Below are positions 53,104 to 64,000 of a DNA stretch of 64,000 nt, piece by piece. The notes under the pieces are model-generated. The model was not told where the DNA came from. It did no database searches and saw nothing but the letters and a program-made list of their open reading frames with translations. How positions within the stretch are numbered: the stretch's first letter is position 1; every line of letters begins with the position of its first letter. This DNA is from Microthyrium microscopicum (taxonomy: Eukaryota): the NCBI GenBank assembly GCA_010405405.1, contig MU004234.1, positions 416,993 through 480,992 of the forward strand, given 5' to 3'. Made by a program: the position numbers and the translations under genes.

Positions 53104-53140
53104 CGCGCGATCACTTTCGCGTTCCAGCACCACGTCGCGT
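53104..53140. promoter_or_regulatory. Cluster of SCB/MCB-like CGCG elements upstream of the BRCT gene
   Basis: CGCGCGA, TTTCGCGT (reverse complement ACGCGAAA) and TCGCGT within 40 bp, about 115-150 bp upstream of ATG 53255. Confidence 0.5.
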
Positions 53141-53254
53141 CCACGAATTCAGCTTAGATCTTGCTTCAATCCTGAACCTGCTTTCCATCAAACACTGCTT
53201 ACTCTTTCAACCACTGCATTCCCAATTTGCGAGCATTGATAAAAACCTTTCGTC

Positions 53255-55329
53255 ATGGCAGATGCTTCCAAAAATCGAGCGCCGCGTCGCCCAATCATCT
53301 ATGGCCAGCCAAAGCTCAGCTTTCAGATCGGTAAGCTTCTCAAGATCCATATTTAGCAATCTGATACTAATTTGTGCAGGCTGTGAGGTCAAAGAACATG
53401 TCGTCTCTCCAGGCAATCACGTCATGTTTGGAAGTCTAAAAAGCTCATCTATTCGAATTGAGAATGTTCTGGACCTTGGATATCTTGAATCCCAGGGAGG
53501 TGATTCAATAATCGCCGTGATACGTAAATACTCTCAACGAGTCTTATTTGACAACAAGGCTAATCAAATATAGATTCGAGATATGACTTAAACCCTGATG
53601 ATAATGTGCCTGAGATCGATCTTGATATCTGCCCTCATAATGTGGAAGTGGATATCAAGATTGAACATCTATGTCCTTTGGGAGTACGCCAAGGTCTAAT
53701 AAAGAGTCGCCATGCGTTAAAAGGAGATCGTTTATCGATGTATCACGGCAACAAAATACACCTCGACGCTGACGGCTTCTCAACCACGTTCACCGTGGAT
53801 TTGAGTGCTCTGTCGGCTACACAACCCAATACTGTCGTACCATCGTCTGATATTCGAGAAACTACTCCCGCACTGTTACCACCTACCGAATCGGCGTCCT
53901 TTGTTAAGGAGACACCAGCGACCTCACGAGTCGTTGATATAGAAATGGAGAGCGAGACCGATGATGAGAATCCTAGTCATGGAATTTCACAAGACGCTCC
54001 AACGATTGCTACAAAGAAGTCACTAGAAGGGAGCCAATCGCCAAGCAAAGCACTTTCTCCTTCAATCTTTGGTGCGCCCAAACCAGCTTCCGCCAAGAAA
54101 GCGACATATGGTAAATATACTGGTCGCACTATTGCCGAATCCAACGAAGATGAAATAGCCATGGAAGAAGCAGAGGCTCAGTCAGCCTTTGAGCCTGTCT
54201 CACTTAAAGGCAAGAAGCGGCCAGCCAATGACATGGAAGGCGATGAAGAAGATAAAATGCCCGCTAAGCGAGCTCGACAGATTTGGCCAACCGTCAAGGC
54301 AGAACAGTCCAAGGCTAAACCAGAGACCAAGCCAGAGACTGGACGAGGTCGTGGTCGCGGACGAGGTCGTGGTTCTCGTGGCGGTCGTGGCGGAGGCGGG
54401 CGAGCATCAGTTTCAGCTGCTACCGAGGAAGCGTCTAGCGAGGACTCGGAAGATCTGGATAATATTCCACAACCCAAGAAGAAGCAAACCAACAAGCCTA
54501 AGCGTAAAGCCGCGGCAGACGTCCAAGCAGAATCTATAGAAACCGCGCAATCCGATGGCACTGAACAGCATCTGCAGTCTTCTGCGAGGAGCAGCCAGCG
54601 TATGAAGACTAAAGCCACTAAGCCAGTCGTGGTGTTCAGCAAAAGCGATGTGGCTAGCGAGAAGTCTTCCGGCAAGTGGCTAAAGGCAAATGTTACAATC
54701 GTTGAGGACGTGACGGATCAGGTTGACTTCCTGTGGTAAGTTTTGCTTCCCTTACTAGCGTGCACAACTGATGTTCTTCTAGCATTGGCGATGGCAAGAT
54801 CTCTACTACCCCTAAGCTTCTTACCGCTATGCTTCTGCAAAAGCCTATCATATCTGATGAGTGGCTCAAAGCTTGCCTCAAGGCTAATCAGGTTGTACTA
54901 TATGAGCAATTCTTTGCTAAGGACAAAGCTGGCGAGAAGAGCTGGGACATATCACAGAAGTGGTCCCAAGGCAATTCTTGTGTCAACCTAGCTGAGCTCA
55001 AGTCGCAAACTCTCTTCTTTACTCCTGCTCAACAAAAGAGCTATGGCACAGGTGGCTATTCTACGATCTCAGACTTGGCAAAACTTCTTGGCTTCAAGAA
55101 CATTAAAAGCTTTACAGTTGGTCCAAACGAGAAGATGAGTAACAGCATTATCATAGGAATGGCGGAAAAGGACCAAGACGCACACAAGTTACATGAGCGT
55201 GGCTTCACGATTCATTCGAAGGAATTCCTTACAGCAACTATCTTACGTGGAGAGCTGGATCTGGACATCCATGTTATTACACCGCAGGCATCACCAGCTG
55301 CCAAGCGTGGACGACCCAAGAAAAAGTGA
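53255..55329 (+). CDS. C-terminal BRCT-domain protein (MDC1/Mdb1-like architecture), 4 exons
   Basis: Introns are in phase. It has a disordered middle with GRGRGRGRGRGSRGGRGG, a BRCT-like region (VVVFSKS...VDFLC|IGDGKISTTPKLLTAMLLQKPIISDEWLKAC) and a terminal AT-hook-like KRGRPKKK. Confidence 0.75.
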
Positions 55330-56567
55330 GTCGTAGAATTGGATTTGCAGGTTAGAGCTCGGCTTTACTCTGTTGGCTTTGCTGCGGCTGCGCACGGGTT
55401 TCGCTGTGATGGATTTGATGCAGCATCATGTCCGTTCAAAGAGAATACGAGAGCTTGTATAGTGTTGACAATCGTGCTACGAAAAGCATGATTTTGTTGC
55501 TGTTATCTGATAACGCTGCTGGTTATGTACTTAAGATACCCCAATATTGCATTTTGTTCCTTTCAGCCTGTTTGCTGGCCTAGTACACAGGTAAATGAAA
55601 CTACCGCTGACAAAGCTACTCTTTCGAGCTCATTAGCCGTCAATCTCCTTCTTTTCGAATCGATGTACAAAAGTTGTTTGGAGCACAAAATACTAATTAC
55701 CACCAAGTTAGTCAGCCACGACTGCAGCGGATCATAGAGTAACTTCACTAAAGACGTGTAAGCTTCTTACCCGCCCTTCAGTGTGGTCCTGCACTAAAAT
55801 TACACCATCGGCCCATAAATGACATTCAGCATATAGGCGATCAGCACAATACTGCGGCTACTCTGTCTTTCTGTCTTACGGTACTCTACCGATCCTGTAG
55901 GAAATCAAGTTGATGGCCATCAAAATGCCAGAAACTACCTGCATTTGCACACAACCTTCGAAACTATGGATCTCATTATAGTTTGATTGGCAAGAAACTT
56001 CTGATGACTTTACGTATGGAAGTTTACATCAAAAGTCCCAGCGAGTGGCGAATTACAACACCACGCTTTCTGCCTCGTCGATCTTGAACAGCAAAGTCAA
56101 ATGCCGGGCTAACTTGGCCACATGTGAGCTTATAAGATGTCCAATCAAATTTTTGGTGGTCCTGAGGGACCGCAGCAAAAAGTCCCATGAACCAAGATTG
56201 GGAAGTTGGCCAGTATGCAAATTCGTGCATTAGCGCCAACCCCAAGAATCCTACGCTCGCAGAATGGAACCATTTGGGAATCACGATGTCTAGAAACGAC
56301 TATCATAATGCGAGCTTCCGGACAAGCGATCCCCAAAAAAAGCACAATTTACACAACAGTCCCCAAAATAACACCAGCCACATTGCATCACTGCCTCTTA
56401 AGTCGTTTGATCGCGCGATTTGACTAAATTCTAGGATTAGTTGATCAAGATGGAGTTCCAAGTCTCTTCCAACCATCGCGGTACGCATCGCCAGCGACTG
56501 GCCATAAAAGCCGAGTGTCTGTCACGTCAAATCCAAGAAGGGCAGAGAAACCTCATGCGCATCCATA

Positions 56568-58749
56568 ATGTTCTTCTTCAAATCCTTTCTATTAGCCACT
56601 ATTGCGCCTTTTGTGCTGGCAGCACCGGCTCCAGGTACTTTTGTTCGCCATGAAAAGCGCGGCCTTGAGCCTACCCAGTGGACCAAACGCACCATTGCTC
56701 CACGAGAAGCAAAGATCCCGCTCAGATTCAATCTCAAGCATCGAAATACTCATCGTGGGCACGATGCACTGATGGAACTCGCTGACCCAACCAGTTCCAA
56801 GTTCGGCAACCACTGGACTTCCAAAGAGGTAGAAGACTTCTTCGTTCCTCATGACGATTCTTTCAGTTCCGTGGTTGCCTGGTTGCGGAATTCTGGAGTC
56901 GATATTTCAAGAATTAGGACATCGCGCAGTCGAGGCTTGGTCACCGTAAACGCTACAGTAAATGAGGCTGAAGACATCTTGAACACCAGGTATCACACGT
57001 ATGAGCATTTGGGGACTGGAGCTCTTACTGTCTCTTGCGACGAGTATAGTCTTCATTACACTGTACGAGACCATGTCGAATACATCACGCCCACGATCCA
57101 CTTCCCGTCAGCTCCGAAAACGAAGCGATCTGAAGCACCCAGGATTTCTCGTCGTGGATTGCCAGGTAGCTCATTGAGCTCCAACCATACTCTCAAGGAT
57201 TGCAGTAGCACTGGTTTGATTACTCCTCAATGTATCAAAGGTACGCATAGCTTCTCAATAGAACTGTAGAGTCAAACCATTAACTTGTACAGAACTCTAC
57301 CACATACCCAACGTCACGATGCCTCAAGCCGGTGATGAGATTGGCGTCTTTGAGACAGTTAGCGACGGCAATGCTTATTCTCAGAATGATTTGAACCTCT
57401 TCTTCAGGAAGTTTTATCCACAAATCCCCAATGGAACTCATCCTACACTGCAGTCTGTCGAAGGCGGATCCGCTCCTGCTGACCCCAAAAACATCTCACT
57501 TATATCTGGCGAATCTAACCTCGATTTCGAGCTCATATACCCGATAGTGTACCCTCAAGGCGTTAAACTTTATCAAGTCGCTGATATACCAGAAGGGTCT
57601 GAGGAGGTGCCACTCACCGGTGATATTGATCTGCTTCTTGATTCGTTTGATCCGGTAAACCTCACATCTTATTCTCGTATCGGTTTCTTCCTAGGCTAAC
57701 AATATCTATCAGTCGTTCTGCCAGTATTACAACTCAAGCGTTGACGGAGAGTAGGTAAAACTCGCCTGTCTTCGAATATAGCTAACGCCATTTACAGATG
57801 GCCAGACCCATTATCTGGCGGTTACCAGGGGAACCTCATGTGTGGCTCCTATAAAGCTCCTAATGTTTTGTCTGTTTCCTATGGTATCGAAGAGGATATC
57901 ATTCCACAGTCATTTCTAGATCGCGAATGCACAGAGTATGTCTCTCCCCGATCATCTTTCTGAATCGTGCAGCTGATATTCCCTAGATTTCTCAAACTCG
58001 GCCTGCAAGGAACCACGGTAGTCTTCGCCTCGGGAGACGCCGGCGTAGTCCCCAAAGGCACCCAAGAATGTCTTTCGGGTGGCCGATACAACCCATCATA
58101 TCCAGCGACTTGTCCATATGTGCTCGCTGTCGGCGGTACTCTACTGGATAACAACACTCAAACCGAGGTCGCTGCCTACCAAAAGCCTTACACCTCCGGT
58201 GGAGGATTCAGCAATGCTTACGCTCAGCCTTCCTATCAGAAAGCCGCAGTGTCATCGTACCTAAACAGCCACCAGCCACCCAATGGCCCTGACCCAGCAC
58301 GATACAACGCTAGTGGACGGGCTGTTCCAGACGTCTCTGCACTGTCACAAAATATCGCCATCTCGTACGCTGGTAAATTTGAAGTTAGCGGAGGAACCAG
58401 TGCAGCGGCGCCAATAGTGGCAAGTATGATTACTTTGGTCAATGAGAAGCGTCTCGCAGCTGGGAAGAAGCCGGTGGGATTTGTGAATCCGGTGTTCTAT
58501 CAGAATCCTTGGATGTTCAATGATGTACGTTGTACTCTCGTTTGATTGTAGCAGCTGCTGACTTTTATAGATCACTTCTGGCCGCAATTTGGACTGTTCG
58601 AACCAGACGGCCTTCACTGCCTCAAAAGGCTGGGGTAAGAACACATCTCTACTTTTCTTGATACCAGCTAATAGGTCATAGATCCTGTCACTGGATTAGG
58701 CTCACCTAACTTTCCTAAAATGCTCGAAATTTTCATGAAACTCCCATAA
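56568..58749 (+). CDS. Secreted sedolisin (S53) serine-carboxyl peptidase, tripeptidyl-peptidase/aorsin-like
   Basis: Signal peptide, prodomain (DPTSSKFGNHWT), catalytic ESNLD, ASGDAG, GRAVPDVSA, GGTSAAAP and GW|DPVTGLGSPNF; multiple introns. Confidence 0.93.
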
Positions 58750-59767
58750 ACATCTCAAACCAATATTGCGAGGTTGTTTCTCTACGCTGACCAGTTGTGG
58801 ATATACTACGCAGCTTTGAAATCGCTTGTAAGAATTAAATTGATTATCATAATGTCATATTGTCTAGTCCATCCAGAAATTCTAATTTTTCAAACACCGC
58901 AATGAACATCAACAAATTTGCGCTCTTTTTTGGCCCTGGGCTATCGTGATAATGCTCAATCGGCGTAGGTCCTATTTTGGTGTGTTTTTGGCGATGTTGT
59001 AGTGGCGTTGAGGTTATATGATAGCAAATGAGCGGGTTTGTGGTTGAATAATATGAGCAAAATGAAGCAACTAACTGACTGAACGCACACAACCGCCGTA
59101 TTGGCCTCAATGACGCCTATTGAAAATTGTGCGCTAAAACAAGTCCGCGAAGATTATTTTCACCGAGAGAGGTCGCTTTCTGAGCAATGAAAGGCTTTTG
59201 ACAAATATCTTTGAGAGGCACTCATTTGTGAAGTTGGTGCGAGATAGCAGGTAGCAAATATTCACGCCAGCACGCAAATATGCTTCTTGCTACCTACATT
59301 AGATATCAAAGCTAAAGCCTAATCGGCTTTGAAGAGTAATTGATACTTGTCCATAAATACTATCTCAGCACCTAACACGGTCCGGAGGTTACAAGAAGGT
59401 GTGTTTGCCGTGCAGTGTCAGACTTCAGCCTTGTTCAGCCTTATACCTACCTGCTAGGTACGGAAATGGCCATCTGATATCTTTTCGCAGCTAGTGAGGT
59501 CAACAGGTCGCCAGTCACTAAGCCGCCGTCAGTGAAACTTGGCATTCGTGATCCCCTCTACTACTATTTATATACCGCACCTTTCCTTAACTTTGTTATA
59601 AACCTTTCACAGCCCCACACGATTGAATCTGCTCCAACCTTTCCGCGCAAGATTTCTACCACTCGAAAACGCATTCAAGACCTCTCCAGCCTAGCGCAAA
59701 CTCGATTAATATCATTGCTAAGAAAATTCTCGTCTTGCAACCACACAACTTTCTCGAATCAATCATC

Positions 59768-60260
59768 ATGGGTTGCGGTCCTTCTCGTTCCAGTCCCAAA
59801 CCGGACCCATGGGAGATGAACGGGGCTGCCACTTCTCCAGTCGTGCCAGCTAGACCCATTAAGTCATCATTCCAAACGTTCATTGTCAATGATCCAGGCT
59901 CAGGTGAGTTCTCTCGATGAAAGTTTTAGCTTGTACGGTCTTGGCAACATGCTGCATTGAATCAATCCATGAAAGCTTCAAAGTGCATGATTCAGCCACC
60001 ATCTCATCCTTCTGAGTGCGAGTTATCCCTACTGACTTGTTAAAGAACCCTACGTTCAGCAAACCAAAAACCCGGCACAACCATCGCCATCTCACAAAGC
60101 GAAGAAGCAACCTAGCGGCAGCGGACGCGCAAATGGCGGTAGTGGCGGCTTCTTTGGAGCCGAATTTGTTGGCGACTCTGGTGGTTCTAGCTGGGGAGGC
60201 CACCACGGCCATGGCTGGGGAGGTGGTGATGGCGGAGGAGACGGTGGTGGAGGATGCTAA
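59768..60260 (+). CDS. Small protein (116 aa) with an MGCxxS N-terminus and a Gly-rich C-terminus, 2 exons
   Basis: MGCGPSRS..., with intron 59904-60045 (GTGAGT...CTGAC...AAG) in phase; ends SSWGGHHGHGWGGGDGGGDGGGGC*. Confidence 0.7.
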
Positions 60261-60698
60261 ATGTCGCTGACACTCAGGTCCTTGAGGGAGGGTGGTTATG
60301 AAGAAAGATAGATCTTCGAGGCCTTTCATCGGCAAAAGCTGAGAACTTTGGCTGGAAGGCAAACGTCTCTTGAGTCCCACCATTCGAATTCAAATAGAAT
60401 TAATACGTTTTGTTCCGACTCCTGTAAATCTTACCAGAAAGGGGACCCTCATTTCTCTGTTTTATGTCGAATCTACTTAGGCAAGATATCGATTTGCGAA
60501 TCTTGTCATCAATGTTGATTCGCGCATTTCAGCTTCATGGATAAGTGCGTCAACCTCTAATGAGGGAATGAAAGAAGCATAGAAAGACCAGAGATATATG
60601 ACATAATAAATCTCCATTCTTGATCCCTATAACTGGTTCAAAACAAAATGAACGGCGATCAGTTGTATTGATAGAAATACCTCTAATTCAACCATCTC

Positions 60699-61808
60699 CT
60701 AACAAGGTTTCCCAAGGTATATCGACTGCGCCAACATATTATAGTTATTCGCATTCATAATCATCTTCGCCGCCGACAACGCCTTACACGGCGTCGACCC
60801 CTGACAATGGTCCACAGTCGGCGGTTTATAAATAGGCGACATATGCGTCAACTCATGTATCAAGTTGCCCGCCTGATTACCATCGTTGCACCGTTTACAC
60901 TCAACCGGATAGAACTTTGAGTCGGGACAGAACGATGCTTTTCCAATTGGTGGGTCAGTGTATGCCAGGGCTTGTCGGACTTTGCAGTAGTTCACGCCCC
61001 AGTCACTTTCGGCGCATTCGATGGTGATGGGACCGGTTTTGGTGGCGAGGGCTTTGGCGATGGGCTCGTAGCGGGCTAGGACGGCTTTGTGGGTTTCTGG
61101 GTCGTCGTTTTTGAACCAGGTTTTGAATGCTTCACGGTCTTTTCCGGTTTTGATGTATTCGATTGTTTTGGTTGTCATGGTTAGAGCGATGTCGAAGGTT
61201 TTGTTGAGTGCTAGTTCGAGGGTCTTGTCTTTGCATCCTTTGAATAGAACCTGGTTCGCTGCTGGGGCTTGGACGGCCTTGTTGTTGATGGGGATGTTTC
61301 CGGTGCCAGAAGCAATGAACGATAGAACATTGGCTTCGAACATGGCGGTTTGCGAGGCTGCGGCATCCGGCATCTGGCCTTCGAGATAGTATGGGACATA
61401 TCCAGCAGATTGAGCAAAGTACCGTTCTCCAGCCTTGACTTCGTAGTCGTTGAGGCTGATATCTCGAACAATTGATTTGCCTGCTGGGATCATCTGGAAG
61501 TCATCGGTTCCAATTACATGAGCTTCCGGACTTGCGATTGAGATAAGTTGTTCATCTTGATCATAAACTCGAATTCCTGCCTCTGCTTGACTTGCCAGTG
61601 GGTTGCCAGAAGTTGAAAAGTATGCTGTCTTTTCCGCACGGTTGGAAATTATGGCCTGAATCTTGCCTGGGAACTCCGAGGTTTGTAGCTCAACGTGCAG
61701 TGGAGAAGCGTCAATTTGGGGCTGGAAACTCTCTTGGAAGAATCTTGAGATGCCTTGACCGTTTGCTACCGCAAAGGCAGCGGCGAAGAGGCTTAGTCTA
61801 GCATACAT
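60699..61808 (-). CDS. Secreted deuterolysin-type (M35) metalloprotease
   Basis: Signal peptide MYARLSLFAAAFAVANG, a prodomain, HELTH plus TVD (HExxH+D aspzincin pattern) and conserved Cys residues. Confidence 0.88.
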   Translation of the reverse strand: MYARLSLFAAAFAVANGQGISRFFQESFQPQIDASPLHVELQTSEFPGKIQAIISNRAEKTAYFSTSGNPLASQAEAGIRVYDQDEQLISIASPEAHVIGTDDFQMIPAGKSIVRDISLNDYEVKAGERYFAQSAGYVPYYLEGQMPDAAASQTAMFEANVLSFIASGTGNIPINNKAVQAPAANQVLFKGCKDKTLELALNKTFDIALTMTTKTIEYIKTGKDREAFKTWFKNDDPETHKAVLARYEPIAKALATKTGPITIECAESDWGVNYCKVRQALAYTDPPIGKASFCPDSKFYPVECKRCNDGNQAGNLIHELTHMSPIYKPPTVDHCQGSTPCKALSAAKMIMNANNYNMLAQSIYLGKPC

Positions 61809-62446
61809 CGTCGATATTGGGATAGATAGGAAGTCGTAAGTCACATCAGCTACCACGAAACAAAGAGTTCTTAAAGGTTGTAGTTAGAAGTCTTTATATC
61901 GATTGAGATAGGCAGGCGCTATTTCTGGCCATTTAGCGCGACAGGCTTTAGGATTATATGAAGATACCAATGGTCACTAAAGATATCGCAGCAATCAGCG
62001 ATCACCCAATGGCTCTCCTCTCAATTTACACCCTTCCTGCTCTTTATCTCTTATCATACTAGAAGCCCATTGACAAGTTCTTGTTCAGCAATTTCGCATC
62101 TAAGTCCGAATTCAGATCCGAGTATCAGGGCTTTGCCGATTGTAAGGTTGTCTGGTACTAAAGGGTTGAGGGAAGTGTCGGTTGGATGCCGGTAAGACGT
62201 TAATTAAATCTCGACTACCAGTATTGGCTTTAGTATCAAGTTGTGTACCCCTTTTCATAGCTTCGATGAAATAGAAGGAAGTCTAAAATCACGAAGGGCT
62301 CAAATATTCTCTTGCCAGTTGAACATACATAAAATTGATAGCCGACACACCCAGAGTTGGAGCTTCACTTGTTGCATAAATGAACATGGCGATGAACAAA
62401 CAACTGACTTGTCAATTTGTTATTTTGAACGCTTTGCTATGATACT

Positions 62447-63455
<1,009 letters not shown>

Positions 63456-64000
63456 TTTCACGAATTGACAAGTTATCGAGTATAAGCTCTTGATTGTAGA
63501 ATACTCTGGAAAGGAAGAAGATGTATGTGACTGAAGCTATCTATGACGGTAGAAGATAGCGATGAGGAATACAGCTATTTCAATTCTGGTGGCATGAGCT
63601 TCTTCTTAACCGTTTCCCTCCCAGACAGCTGAACAAAGCAATCAAGACGTAGCCCCGCGGAGTCTAGCCATTCACATATCGATCGGAACGAGTGCGGAGC
63701 TACATATCGCCCTCTGCAGTTAGTCGTAATCAAAAACTGAGCGATTTGTTAACAACTATTCCAGTTCCGCTGTAAAGTCTGAGCTGTTCGAATGCTTACA
63801 CATCCTGATTGGATGTATCATAAGCAATGGGTGAGCAACTCGTGCGAATCGGGTGGGAGATGAGGTCATGGAATTGTCCAGATCTGGAGAAGAAGCTTGA
63901 TCCCTGGAGGAGCGGAAATGGTTCCAGACCGAGCTTCAAGGTAGCTTTGATGACACATCCTTAGTGTAAGCTTTGTGCATCTATACGAGTATTTTTTTGG

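Overview
Intron-containing genomic DNA from a filamentous ascomycete (Pezizomycotina; GT...CTRAC...AG introns and a strong RIP signature). It holds about 22 conventional genes, including a type I DnaJ, HECT E3 Ufd4, an EasG/NmrA-like reductase, two HeLo-like N-terminal-domain proteins, a GH78 rhamnosidase, a WW/FF protein, proteasome alpha3, a Gre2-like reductase, a copper-fist transcription factor, a degenerate aldo-keto reductase, an FMN/FAD oxidoreductase, a GPI cell-wall protein, the Ste2 pheromone receptor, a BRCT protein, an S53 peptidase, an M35 metalloprotease and a mannitol/L-xylulose SDR. The 10.2-kb AT-rich ORF desert resolves into a Mutator (MULE) DNA transposon (16280-26479, long TIRs, 9-bp TSD) with a complete Ty3/Gypsy retrotransposon nested in its transposase (17706-25051, 204-bp LTRs, 5-bp TSD); both are destroyed by RIP. 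The most interesting observation lies just downstream: three tandem, divergent, intronless micro-genes (66-77 aa) sharing the pattern M-C-x9-C-[GR]-H...C-x9-C...DG-x-C-x2-C, which suggests an unannotated metal-binding microprotein family. A fold-back MITE follows them. Exon boundaries were read by eye and no database searches were possible.
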